Part shown: positions 1-12,731 of the stretch, one piece after another
Layout: the number at the start of each line of letters is the position of its first letter
Numbering within the stretch: the first letter of the stretch is position 1
Source of the DNA: Octopus bimaculoides
Lineage: Eukaryota
Assembly (NCBI RefSeq): GCF_001194135.2
Contig: NC_068984.1
Coordinates: 59,733,699-59,797,698, forward strand
Length of the DNA stretch: 64,000 nt
Direction: 5' to 3'
Translations under genes and position numbers: made by a program
The notes under the pieces: model-generated
The model's database searches: none
What the model was told of the DNA's origin: nothing
The model's input: the letters and a program-made list of their open reading frames with translations, nothing else

Positions 1-288
1 ATTTACAATTAATGAAAACACTATTGGTTTAGCACATATATTAAATATTGATTAATCATCATGAATGTCCTCCTTCCTCCAAAGGAATACATTTTTAAAA
101 TGTCTATCATTCAGAATACATGGGTATTTCTTTGGGGTTTTTTTCTTTCTTTTTTTATTGCTATTTCTATCTATATATTTTCAAATCAAAAAATATAAAC
201 GCTGAATAAATAAAAATAAACAAACCAAAATACTAAATTATGAAATCTTTGAACTTCAAAATGAAATAAAAAAATAATCAATTCATAC

Positions 289-410
289 GTTTCTCTTTAC
301 TGAATCAGAACATGATTTTTGTATCAGCAAGCTTCGAATTTTTAGCCTTTTCCACACTGTGCAGTTCATATCACTCATCAATTGGATAAATGTTTTATCA
401 ATATCACATG
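289..410 (-). CDS. Candidate internal coding exon of an unidentified minus-strand gene (CDIDKTFIQLMSDMNCTVWKRLKIRSLLIQKSCSDSVKRN)
   Basis: Minus strand: acceptor ttcatttcatAG, 122 nt open (2 nt + 40 codons), donor AAC|GTATGA. Non-repetitive. Phase 1 start matches the phase 1 end of candidate exon 2464-2522. No homology recognised. Confidence 0.42.
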
Positions 411-610
411 CTTATGAAATGAAATTATAGCAACAAATCAATAAAGAAGCTTCTACATCGTGACATTACTTGCCAGAAAAAGCAGTCTAATCTCCTTCAA
501 ATCACAATCTATTGTCTTAAAAAAAAAGAAGGTAAGACTTATTTATTGTGCATGTTCATTCACTGTAACCTTGAAGTTCAACATAGTATAGAACACTACA
601 TCATTATTAT

Positions 611-942
611 CATCAGTTTAATGTCCACTTTCCATGCTTGCATGGGTTGGACAGAGTGTATTTACACGCACACACACACACACATAGTAGTCGTGGTTGT
701 TGCCAGTTCCATGTAAATGGCACCCACCCATGAATCATAGTTGTGGTTGTTGCTGGTGTCATGTAAATGGCACCTGTGCCAGGGGTATGTAAAAGCACCC
801 ATTACACTCCTGGAGTGGTTGGCATTAGGAATGGCATCAGCTGTAGAAACCATGCCAAATCAGACTGGAACCTGGTGCAGCTCTGCAGCTCCAGTCAAGC
901 TGTCTAACCCATGCCAGCATGGAGAGTAGATGTTAAATGATG
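611..942. mobile_element. MITE-like element with ~44-bp terminal inverted repeats (family C)
   Basis: 611-654 (catcagtttaatgtccactttccatgcttgcatgggttggacag) is the diverged reverse complement of 900-942 (ctgtctaacccatgccagcatggagagtagatgttaaatgatg). Same ends recur near 10660-10715, 13690-13745, 18780-18830 and 29735-29790. Confidence 0.6.
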
Positions 943-1111
943 ATGATGATTATACACACACACACACACACTTCTTTCAGTTTCTGTCAACTAAATATAC
1001 CCAAGGGGCTTTGGGGCTGTAGTAGAAAATACTTAATCAAAGTGCCATGCAGTGGGACTGAACTCAGAACCATGTGGTTGGGAAGCTAACTTCTTATTAC
1101 ATAGCCATACC

Positions 1112-1290
1112 TGCTCCAGCATAATTGAGATCTGTCTATGATTTCTGCGTGGGAGGAGATTTTAACATCTGGATGCATTTCAACAGCATGTTGCAGTATC
1201 AAGTTGACTATATAAGTGAACAGGGTAACAGATACCAGATATGATGCATCCTTGGAGTATATCATTACATAATTCAAAGAAACCAATCTC
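1112..1290 (-). mobile_element. Decayed LINE reverse-transcriptase core fragment
   Basis: Across frameshifts the minus strand gives LQGC, LFTYIVNLILQHA and TDLNYA, resembling the QGC...LF...DLDYADD RT motifs. Confidence 0.5.
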
Positions 1291-1469
1291 TTCATTGCAA
1301 GTTCTGACATTGGTGTGAGTGCATCTCTACAGATAAATGTCAGAAATACATGTCATGTCTTTACATGTTCCAAACAACAAGAAAGTAATCACCTTGAACA
1401 CCAAACACTTTGAAAAGAATAAATAATATTTTGTTTCTTAGAAACTCCTTTCTACCAGGATCTGATCAA

Positions 1470-1830
1470 CCAGATCAGGACTACATTGAGCACCAATGTT
1501 CAGCACTTGTGAGGTCACCAACTAACTCACAAGACAAATCCCCTAGAATGTGTGGAGCTGCAGTATTGAGAGAGGTGGCTTCATGCTAAGTGTTGAGAGG
1601 CTTAAGAATGACAGAGGGATGGGAGAAGATTCATTGCTGTGAAGAAGATACATGGCTAAGCCAGTTGGAAAGAGGGAAAGGATGTCAAAGATAAGGTGTC
1701 AGAACATATCCTTAAGGTACAAGATGGTGGATAAAGAGAGAGGATAGGGAAAAAAATTAAGGACAGTTGGGCGACCTGGTTTACAAGAGTGTGAAAGGAA
1801 AGCGATGCAATGAATGGTGAACATGAGGAG
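1470..1830 (-). mobile_element. Strongly decayed RTE-like LINE C-terminal fragment
   Basis: Minus strand contains WLSHV (cf. RTE WLGHV) and downstream GDL remnants; many stops. Confidence 0.3.
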
Positions 1831-2305
1831 AGGCATGGTCAATGGTAAATCTCAGTTTCGAGGTGAAGCTAAAAGAAAATAGAAGTGGATCAAAGAAGAG
1901 GATATGATAGGTGGCAATACATAAAGGGAAAAAGTGGAGAGCAACAGAATAATAAAATCACAGCTAGATGAGAAATAAGAAGAGTGTGTGCAGTGTGAAT
2001 GGGCAGAGGGAAGAGGGATACACAATGACAAAGGCAGATGTCTGAGGTATATATGGGTAGCATTTCAGTTTCCATCTACCAAATTTTACTCACACAGCTT
2101 TATTGTCAACACATTTATCCCAAAAACTGCACAGTGTGATCAAATCAAAGATTATATAATTATATAGTTACAAAGTGAACATTTTAAGTAGACAGCCATT
2201 TCTACATCCAGATATACAAGAAAAGAAAAATGGAAATGGATTTAAATTTAATGCTGCATATAAGAATAACATTGTTAACCAAGATATAACATCAAAGCAA
2301 TATAC

Positions 2306-2341
<36 letters not shown>

Positions 2342-2373
2342 AGCGAGTGGTGGTAAATTAAATTTCTAAAATT

Positions 2374-2383
2374 NNNNNNNNNN
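2374..2383. other. Assembly gap (10 N)
   Basis: Run of N. Confidence 0.99.
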
Positions 2384-2403
2384 CTGCCCTATGATTAATA
2401 ATG

Positions 2404-2446
<43 letters not shown>

Positions 2447-2463
2447 TCCCCACCCTCACTTAC

Positions 2464-2522
2464 ACGTACATGTGCCACATGCATGGGGTAAAGAATTCTC
2501 TTGAAGATAAATAAAATCAGGA
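2464..2522 (-). CDS. Candidate coding exon (PDFIYLQENSLPHACGTCT)
   Basis: Acceptor ggtttcttctgaaacAG, 59 nt open (1+57+1), consensus donor GTAAGT. Phases link to 9015-9102 upstream and 289-410 downstream. Confidence 0.4.
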
Positions 2523-5124
2523 CTGTTTCAGAAGAAACCAGATACGCTGTTATTGCCACATATAAATTATATAAGCATATAAATTTTACCTGACTTGCTT
2601 ACTGATGAAAGCATAAAGGGGGTTTGTATAACTTCATTTTACTCACAAGCACAAAACCCCACAGTGTTTCTTTACACACACACATCTACATATTATATAC
2701 ATACACACAACTGAGTTTTATGAAGCTATTATGAAACAAGTGAATTAGTAGAATTAGCTGAGCATTGGACAAAATGACTAACTCTATTTACTTATGTACT
2801 TTTCCAATCTGAGTTCAAATCCTGCCAGGTTTAATGTTACCTTTCACGGTTTGGGAGTCAATAAAGTAAGCCACAACACCAAACTGGGTGCAGCTGTAAC
2901 TACCCAATCAATGCAGCAATTATTTTTGTCTTACCACTAACTGAGGGTATTCTTCATTCTCAGCTTTGGTCTATTCCTCATATGCATCTGCCATATCCAT
3001 GTGTACGTATGTGCTTACATGTTTGTGTGCATGTATGTATCTCTTGTTTGGTGTTGGGATGAGGCCTTGTATATACTTAAAATCATCATAAATTTATAAT
3101 ATGACATAAAATCTTAGTTGAGATATTTTGAAATATAAAAAATGTCTCGTTTTACTAGTTTCTTTTTAATGCTAAAAGAAAGAATACAGAACAGGAGAGA
3201 AAACACCCTCTTGGGCAAGCTTGGTAGAAAGAACCCTGTTTGCTGGGATGCTCTCACTGCATTCACCTGCAGCTTCTTTCTTGCTTCTCTCTCACTGTTC
3301 TCTCTTCATGACCTCTCCATCTAGAATGCTCATGCAGCTGTCTTCCTCTGCTCTCCTCCTACCTCTATGGTCTTCTTCTCCTCATTCTACTTTCTTGTCT
3401 CACCAGCCTTTCTTTCTCTTACCACTTTCATACTCATCACTGCCCCCCCCCCCCCTTACACCTCTTTCACTGTTATCTTTGCACAGTCTCCTTACCCAAG
3501 ATGCTTTTTTCTGCTTTCCAAGCACTCTCACTCCTTATTTCAATATCTGCCAGCTTCTCTTTCTCCCACTTTAACCTCTTCACAGCCTCCCTGTCTGGGA
3601 TGCTTTCTCTGCTCTCCTCCCTCCCACCAACTTCTATGGTACCCTCCAACTACACTCTCCATCACCCTTCTTGCTGCATCCACCTACCGTTCCCTCACCC
3701 TCCATACATCTCCTTTCCATTGCTGTACTCTACTCTCCACACAGCTTCTCCACCTCCTTAACACCTTCTCATCTCTTCTTCTCTGGCCTACACCCACAAT
3801 ACTTCAAACCTCCTTCACTTCTTAACCTGGCCAACCACCATGCCCCCACCCCCTGCCCTCAATTAGCCCTGTTTGGATTCCTAACCCTACTCACCTTGTC
3901 TATCGTTCATGTTCTTTCTCCCACTCCCTTACATCTTAGACCCTTACATTTATAATATGAGATAGCATTGAATCTCCCAACACAACTCATCTCATAACCC
4001 TTACCACTGTTCCCCATCCCCACTTCATTAATATTTGACACTAATCTCTTCTTCCCTTCTCCTGGCCCTTATTCTCTCTTCCTAAAGCATAAACACTCTC
4101 CACAACCACATTCTCATAACTATAAATCTGCTTCTTTCATCGTATTACACTGAAATTAAATGAGAGCTATTATAAAACATGAATCCAAGAAAAGAAAAAA
4201 AAATGCACACAGAACCCCATGGGACTCAAACCACATATATCATAATCCAGATGACAATGCCAACCTTTGCACCAACATGACCAGGCAAACTTTCTCCACT
4301 CAAATTTGTATAAAGCATCAGTCATCAGCTAGGCTGTTTGTATCTCTCTTGCCTACCACACAAGGTCTTTGGTATTTTGTAGCACTTAACCTTAGGCTAC
4401 ACAAAAATCTTTCATGTTATAATTTTTATTCATCATTTAACATAGTTTACATATCTGAAATTCTTAATGTCATTATGATTTTGAAAGGACCTACAGCATA
4501 CTTACATCAGTAGCATATAATAAAGAATGAAACCTTTCTGAAACTATAATCTAAAGAACAGCTTTTTGAGTTCTTTAGTAGGTAGACTGTAAGGAAGTAA
4601 CTAAACAAACAACAAAAGAGTCATCTAGTTACAACAGAAGTTGGCTACCTAATATGATTTTGCTTTCTAACAGAAGCTACATAAGCATTATGCTGCTGTT
4701 TTAATTTTGGAGCAATCTCAATGAAACCCTAGAGAAATAAGGTTTTGCTTGGGTCTAGTTGTTTTCTCGAGCTATGAAATATGAGTAGCATACCAGAGCA
4801 GAAGGGAATCCTAAGGGGGTGAATAGAGAAAGTGCAGGCTCTTGCTTTTAAAAATAACAGAAATAAGCCAAATTTAAAAGCAAAAGTTTATTTGTGCAGT
4901 AATTTAAAATACTGGATTTAGTTTATCAGAATAATAAAATATAAATTATTTTCAACTCAATTCTACATTCTTCTTCTTATTTTCAGATTTTATATTATTA
5001 TTTATTAATGATTTCTTACAAGGACAGAAAGAAAAATCTCTAAGTTTGCAGGCTACAATCAGTACAGTGAATCTCAGGGTGCTAGAGTTGCAGTAACAGT
5101 TGAATGCCAGACAAAAATGTTTAA

Positions 5125-5352
5125 GGCAGCAAGCTGGCAGAAATGTTAGCATGCCGGGCGAAATGTATAGCGGTATTTCGTCTGGTGTTACGTTCTGAGT
5201 TCAAATTCCACCGAGGCCGACTTTGCCTTTCATCGTCGATAAATTAAGTACCAGTTATGCACTGGAGTCGATGTAATCGACTTAATCCCTTTGTCTGTCC
5301 TTGTTTGTCCCCTCTGTGTTTATTTAGCCCCTTGTGGGCAATAAAGAAATAA
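5125..5352 (+). mobile_element. tRNA-headed SINE-like element (family B), well preserved copy
   Basis: Head ggcagcaagctggcagaaatgttagc, B-box-like GAGTTCAAATTCC, A-rich tail caataaagaaataa. Many diverged copies elsewhere, e.g. 14830-15030, 21440-22800, 55750-55900. Confidence 0.75.
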
Positions 5353-7306
5353 TTAAAAATATGTTTTATATTTAGTTTTATAATTTTATATTTTGAGTTT
5401 AAATCTCAACAAGATCAACTTTGCATTTCATTTCCTTGACATTAATAAAAAAATGTACAATATACTGTGTGCAATTTAATTGATTACACACCTCCCTTGA
5501 AAATTTGTGGTCCTGTACCAATATAAGACATTCTTATGAATTTAAATTATTGACATACGGTTAAAATGCTGATGGTTCATAATCTACCAAAATCCACTCA
5601 TAATCTACAATAACCCAGCGCTATTAATAGAAGACACTCGCTCAAGGTGTCACACAGTGGGGCTGAACCTGAGATCAACCAAAAAAAGAATCAATCAAAA
5701 GCAGATGCAATTGAAAACCACTTCTTTTTTGAAGAATAGATAGCACAGAACTAAGAATTTGACTAAAGGGAATCACACCAACTTACAACAAATGTCACAC
5801 CTTTAACCCCTTTTGCTATATTAGAGCATAATTAACATGAAATTTTGATGAAAGGTTTTAATTTAGATCACTAACGGGATGCATTCTCAGGTGGATTGAT
5901 AAACCAATCTTTGGTTAACAAACTAAAAATCATACAAACACAAACACTCTCTCTCTCTCCCTCTCTCTTTCAATCTCTTTCTCTCTCTTTCTCTAAACAT
6001 AATACTGTGACTATTAAAACTTTGATACTGCGGCTGTTCTGTTAAAATTTACTCTAAGAGCTAATACCAGTTTTATTTTGTAATTTGCCAGGTCACACAC
6101 AACCTTCAAGTTTTAATGTGGTGTCATCTGAAGGTGAACTTAGGGTGATATCTTGCACATCTAAAGATAAGTGATGTTAACAGGACAACATTGTTGAATT
6201 AATTAAATGTTGGGGCAGACTTTCATGCAGAGAATGTAGGTTTAAAACTAGGTGCTTAGGATGCTGTTTATATTGTTGTTGTGGTAGAGATTGGTTTAGC
6301 CCAGCTCAGTCTGCATGAGCAGACTCTCGGTCAAAAGCATTTCAGCAAATGAACATTCTGTCCTAGAATCATGAAATTAAATCAACTCTTGTACACTACT
6401 ACTACTACTAATCATAATGATGATGGTGAGAATAATAATAACAACATCCACCACCACCACCAACAACAACAACTACTACTGTGTACCTAGAACTACATTA
6501 TCCAATGTTTTCTTATTTTAAAATCATCATCATCATCATCATTTAACGTCCATGTTTTCTGTTTGTTTATATATGAAGCAAGATTCTAACTATGTAGAGC
6601 ATTCAATATAATGTTGGCGCCACTCAGATTATTGAAACATATTCAACCTGCTTCAAACAGGAAATATAATAAGAAAGTAAAAAAAATTTTTTTTTTAAGT
6701 ATTAAAAAAATTCTTCCGCAGTTCTTCAATATCTCACAAACCAGGATTCTTTTTAAATAGTTACCAAGAAAAATTTCATATGAAATTAAATCAACTCTCA
6801 TATTCTGCTGCTGCTATTACTACTTATTTTATCAAATCTGGAAGAATGGAAAGTAAAGTCCCCTACCCAACCACCATCACACACACGCACAAAAGTGAAG
6901 AATATAGAGAAATATGAATTACAAAAAAATATGGATACTATGAAGCATTCATTTAGATTCTATACTGATGGCACCCATCACCCAGTCAAGTATTAGAAAT
7001 AGCAGTCATATCACCCTCAATTCCTACTCCGTCATCTTAGAAAAGAAAGATGCCTAAAAAATGTAGAATCGGTATGGCTGGTTTAAATGCAAAAGGGTTA
7101 AAGTTATCATGAGCCATTCTTTTCCAAGCTAATAATATACTCAGCATCATTGTCTTGATATAACTTGATGTGTGTGTGTGTGTGTGTGTACACATATACA
7201 TAGGTGTGTATACATAAGAGTATTTGATGGTGTATGCGTGTATGTCTATGTGACAGCATGTGTGTGTGTGTATATATACATGTATGCATAATGGTGTGCA
7301 TATGTA

Positions 7307-8637
7307 CGAGGTGCATTCAAAAAGTATCTAACTTCATTATTTTCTCACCAAAACTAATGCCACATGGGCAAAGTCCTTTGGGTGGGAGGTGATGCCACCC
7401 TTTCTGAGTGTGCATGAAAAGTTTTGAGCCAGTAGGACACGTCAGTTCCCAGCTGTTATACCCAAAGTGCAAACATGAAATGTGTGCTTGTCAGATTTTG
7501 GTTTTCAAGCAAGATGACTGAATGCATCAAGCAGAGATATTGCATCAAGTTTTGAGAAAAGCTTGGTGATACTCAAGCTCACATTACCCAGAAGATTCAG
7601 CAAGCCTTTGGTGATGATGCCATGGGCAAAACTCAGATCAAGGAGTGGTACAACTGCTTCAAACATGGGCACACCTCAGTGGAAAGTGAGGCATGCTCAA
7701 GCAGACCATTCACAAACCAAAATGCGGAGTCAACTGAGAAGGCATGGTGAATAGTCATAGAAAACCATTGTGTAACAAGGGAACTGCTCATGGGGTGGGA
7801 ATAAGCACAGAATCAGTGCATTCCATTGTAACAGAGGATTTGTGCATGTGGAGGGTGTTGGTGAAATTCATCCCCATGGTGTTGGCAAAACAGTTGAAGC
7901 AACTCTGCATGGAAATCACTCAAGACATGCTGGACTGTGCAAACTATGATCCAGAATTCATGAAGACTAACGTCACAGGCAATGAGACATGAGTTTATGA
8001 TTACGATCTTTAAACCAAGTTCCAGTCCTCCCAGTTGAAGCATCTGTCATCACTAAGGCCCAAAAAGTACAACAGATTCACAGCAATGTAAGGGTAATGT
8101 TGACCTGTTTTTTTACTCCTGTAGTATCGTGCATCATGAATACACACCACAAAGCCAAACAATCAATGAGGAATATTACCTGGAGATTATTTGTCATCTT
8201 GGTGAGGTTGTGCCTTGAAAGCAGCCAGACATGTGGCTGGTGAAGAATTGGCAACTTCACCATGACAGTGTACCTGCTCATTCTGTCCACACAATCCAGG
8301 CTTTCCTGGTCAAGTACAGCACTTTACTTGTTCGACAGGCTTCCTACTTTTTCAACTTGTCAAGGTGTGGCTTCTGGCTTTTCCTCAAACTGAAAAACTG
8401 TGTTGAAAGGGAAGCGATTTGAGTCACATGAGGGAACTTATGAGAAAAGCAATGGCAGAGCTCCATAGCATTCTAGAGAAGATGTTCCAGAGGTTACTAA
8501 CGGTGGCAGAATCGTTAGGAGAAGTGCATGAACTCCTAAGGGGAGTATTTTGAAGGGAATTAAATAAGATTTGTGAAATGTACAAAATGGTTTTTTTTTT
8601 TATGGCCAGAGGTCAAATACACTTTGAATGCACCTCA
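7307..8637 (+). mobile_element. Full-length (1331 bp) mariner DNA transposon with inactivated transposase
   Basis: TIRs CGAGGTGCATTCAAA / TTTGAATGCACCTCA with TA on both sides (7305-7306, 8638-8639). Transposase remnant from about 7514 to 8563: MTECIKQRYCIKF*EKLGDTQ, VTGNET*VYDYD (ITGDETWVY), HHDSVPAH (HHDNAPAH), GFWLFLKLK (DFWLFPKLK). Contains stops and frameshifts. Confidence 0.93.
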
Positions 8638-9014
8638 TATGAGATGGTGCAAATGTGTGTATGTCTGTGTGATAACAAATATGTGTGTATGTGATGGTAT
8701 GTGGGAGTGAGTGATGGAGCTGATTGCTTGCAGACAACTATTTAAATTAATTTATTTCATGTAGAACAAAAATTGACTTTTCAAGAGAAAAAAAATGAAA
8801 AAAAGTCTTTCTTTTTAATCTTTTGTTTATTTCTAAGATAAGAAAAGGAAGAGAGTACAAGATTAGCTAGATAAAGCAAATTAAGTGACTGCTGACTTTT
8901 AAACTAATTAAATAAATATAGATAGAATAAAATAAACTAAGTGCATAAAAATAATAACAGCACTTATTGACTGAAATTTCATCAGATATTTATAGCGTTT
9001 CACAAAACATTTAC

Positions 9015-9102
9015 ATTTCGTTTTGGAGGAAGTCAACTTCAGAATAGAAATACAGTTTGTACAAAACAAAGTAGCAGTGGATGGTGGAATGAAGGAATAT
9101 AA
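9015..9102 (-). CDS. Candidate coding exon (IFLHSTIHCYFVLYKLYFYSEVDFLQNE, or LYSFIPPSTATLFCTNCISILKLTSSKTK in an alternative frame)
   Basis: T-rich acceptor ttttttaatcAG, donor GTAAAT, 88 nt open in two frames. Confidence 0.37.
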
Positions 9103-9635
9103 CTGATTAAAAAAAAAACAAAAAAACACACACACACACAAAGCAAGAGAATTACTGAAAAAAAAATCTTTGTACTAGGTATCCAATATTTTATTATACA
9201 ACATTCCAGTTCCGAAATGTCTGGTGCAAAGTATTAGCATAATGAAAACAGATCTTCTTTAAGTTGATAAAGAAAGAAGAAACTTGTTTAAACTGGAAGT
9301 AAAATGATAAGCAGAAAGTAATAGATATGTTATATCTGATGTTGAAATAATATTGAGATAAACCTTTATGCATAAAACGCCGAATATATCTAACACAATG
9401 GTATAGGTAATTAGAGATTAAGAGAAAAAAATTGGGTGATGGTGAGAGATGCTGAAATGAAAAAAAATCAAAGGAGGAGGATAAAGAGAATGATTACGAT
9501 GAGGAAGAGGTGAGGTGGACCACAACATGTTGATGAAATCTTTTATAACCGAAGCAGAAAGATATGTATTTTGCAATTTATCTCTCTTCTTTTAGTTTTT
9601 TCTGCTTTTAATGCTAACTTATCAGTTTGGTTTAC

Positions 9636-9686
9636 CTCGGATTACAGATTTCTAATAATAGCCAGTATAAATGGAGACTTGGAAAA
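9636..9686 (-). CDS. Candidate coding exon (FPSLHLYWLLLEICNP)
   Basis: Poly-T acceptor (t)n-aAG, donor GAG|GTAAAC, 51 nt with a single open frame (phase 2 to 2). Confidence 0.37.
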
Positions 9687-10208
9687 CTTAAAAAAAAAAA
9701 AAGCAAAATATAAAATCTGACAAGCACATACCAGAACTTAATGAAACAGTCAACATAATTCCATTAAAAAAATCATCTTTAAAAACATAGATAAAATAAT
9801 TACACCAGGTTTACAAACTTACATTGTTTACTTAACGTTATGACACTCACACACACACACACACATTTCTTTGACGCATTAGCATTTGTTCAAAAGAAAT
9901 GGAATAATCAAGTGAATCAACTCTAGTATATGACTGGTACATCTATAATCAGCATCAACATGGGTTAAACTGAGAACTAGTTTTGCCAAAATTAAATTCC
10001 ATATTAATTTATTCGAAAACAACTATTCTTCAAAATAAAGACCATCATAATGTATTTAGCTTAATCATTTATGAGCTTGGCATTTTCATTGACCTATTGA
10101 CATATAAATAGATAAATACATAAATAAATAAATAAACTAAAAAAATATGAAGGATGATGGCAAAGAAGACATTTAGCTGAAACAGTTCAAGAGTGTTAAG
10201 AATACTGA

Positions 10209-10290
<82 letters not shown>
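10209..10290. repeat. (TG)n microsatellite
   Basis: Pure TG run of about 80 bp; source of the CVCV/THTH pseudo-ORFs. Confidence 0.98.
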
Positions 10291-10296
<6 letters not shown>

Positions 10297-12167
10297 CTGT
10301 CTGTCTGTCCATCTATATGTATAAATATTTGTGTGTGCATTCTCATCCAAGTTCATTTGTTTTCTGGATGGATACTTCTGTGTACTGCCTTGGGCAAGAG
10401 CCTTCTATTGTAACCACAGGTGGGCCAGTGTCTTATGGGTGTAGCAGATAGATGGAAATTGTGCAGAAGACCATTTTATATATGCATGTGTGTGTTTATA
10501 TCAGCATGAAATTGCTTGACATTTACTTCAGCAGTGACGATTATGTCTCTTACAGACAAAATGCCCAGCAGCAGTTCAACATGTTAAAGCCTGGAATAAA
10601 GTACCTTACTTATAAAACCAGTGAGGGTTGGTGCAAGGGCATCTGACCATAGAATCCTGTCTGAAGAAGTCATGCCTAATTCGTGACAGCATGGAAAAGT
10701 GGATGTAAAAACAAAGATGATGAAATATGTGTGTGCATTCAGATATGACAGCTGTGTCGGTGTGGACATGGATAACATGTGCTGGTTAAGAATGTGCTGA
10801 CACAACTGTGATAGGCATAAACATGGTTGAGTGCTTAAGAAGCTCACTTCCCAATCACATAGTTTCAGGTTCAGTCCTACTGTGTAGCACTTTGGTCATG
10901 TGTCTTCTGCAATAACTATGGGCTGACCAAAGCCTTGAGTGGATTAGGTAGATGGAAACTCAAAGAAGCCATTGAGTGTGTGTGTGTGTTTATGTGCACA
11001 TATGTTTGACTCCTTGTCTTGATATTCATTGATAGTTGTAAATGAACATCATCATATAGGCAGTGCCTTTTGTTTCCAATTGTTCATGAAAGCATTTCTA
11101 TAGGGAAATATTAACTCACTTGGAAACATGAGTGTTGGTAGTAAGAAGGGCATCTGGTTGCAGAAAATCTGTCTCAATGAATTTCATCAGAGCCATGCAA
11201 GCATGGAAAAGTGTATGTTGATGAGAAATATACAAAAAAGAAGAGAGTAAATGATACCTGTATCAAAGAAAATGAGGGGGAAAAGTGGTGTGATATGTTT
11301 GGATATTAAGACATTGGGCCTCAGGGGTAAGACAACACAATCAAGAAGAGTGGTGAAACGATGTACTTGAAAATTGCACAGCCCAAGTTAATATAGAATA
11401 GGAAAGATATAATTATGACGATGATATAAAAAGTAAATTAAGCATATATCAAGAAACAGATATCTCTTACAAAATATTTGTTCTAAAATTAAAAGTTGAT
11501 ATATGGTGGGGAGAGGAGAGAAAAAAAACCACTATCTGATTAATGTTTGAGCAAAAGTAGTCACAAAATAATTTTTTAAAAAAACATTAAAATTTAAATA
11601 AAAACTAATAAGACTACTAATGAAAGTTTATGAACATAGTTCAGTTTTTTGAATAGTTATGTGATGGTTGAGAGTGTCAGAACGCAACAGCTATTAATCT
11701 GCATTAACAGCTGGTTGGTTGATATAGTTCCTGTTGCAGTTCTAAATGAACTAATCAGCTAATTGACTGAGAAATAATTAGAAGCTATATGTCAAGATAA
11801 TCACTTCTATCCTGGAGATCCATCTTAATTGATTAGAGAAAGAGAGAGGATGGGAATATATGAAGTGTATATATTAAAAAAAAAAAAGATTGTATAAAAG
11901 AAAAAATTGCAACACTATCAATAATAGACAAATTTTGTTGATGGTTCAATGACTGCAAGTAATGTTAGACTCTTTGACCTTCTTGCATTTGCAGGTTTCA
12001 TTTGAATTGCAGTGCAGTCCGAAGACTAGTGTATTTATTAATTATATATAATAAATTAATTAAATAAATGTCTTACAGATATAAACATTATTATGCTTCT
12101 TATAGCTGGTGGCATATTGAACAATATTCTGCTATAGATAGTATCCTTTATTCTTATTAACAAAATA

Positions 12168-12683
12168 CTAGGTTGAGGAAAAAGTTTGTGTGCTGTGTTA
12201 AATTAATGCTTTTTTTATATATATTTTTGTGGTGTCATGTCACGTTCAATGGTGACTCACTGTTGAAAATTACCCAAGACTTGTTCATTGAAAACGCGCT
12301 TTGTTTCAACAAGACAATGCAAAGCTGCATACTGCCAGAAAGACCAGCAACAAGATTGAAGAATTGGACAGTGTGGAAGTTCTGCTGCATCAGCCTACAG
12401 TACAGACATTACTCCATCTGACTACAGTCTCTTCCAATCAATGTAGCACTTTATGAAAGGTTGCCGATTTGAGTCATTTGATGAAGTTGAAGAAGCTCGT
12501 CAAGAATTTTTCGATTCAAAGCCAAAGGATTGGTACTTTGACCAAATTCAAAAGCTTGCAGATCATAGGCAGAAGGTTGTAGAAAATGACGGTCTTTATT
12601 TTGAAGAATAGTTGTTTTCAAATAAATTCTTTCATAAAAAATCATTATTTTAAAACAGCGCACAAACTTTTTCCTCAACTTAG
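12168..12683 (+). mobile_element. Internally deleted mariner (516 bp) keeping both TIRs and the transposase C-terminus
   Basis: TIRs CTAGGTTGAGGAAAAAGTTTGTG.GCTGT / ACAGCGCACAAACTTTTTCCTCAACTTAG with TA on both sides. 12310-12611 reads QDNAKLHTA...YSTDITPSDYSLFQSM*HFMKGCRFESFDEVEEARQEFFDSKPKDWY...VVENDGLYFEE*. Confidence 0.92.
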
Positions 12684-12688
12684 TAGTT

Positions 12689-12731
<43 letters not shown>

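Noticed and set aside
3142-4140. S/L/P-rich ORFs in C/T-skewed sequence (also 13177-13437 and 31694-32389)
   Set aside because: Pyrimidine-rich low complexity suppresses stop codons. Probably decayed retroelement DNA; no motif I could assign.
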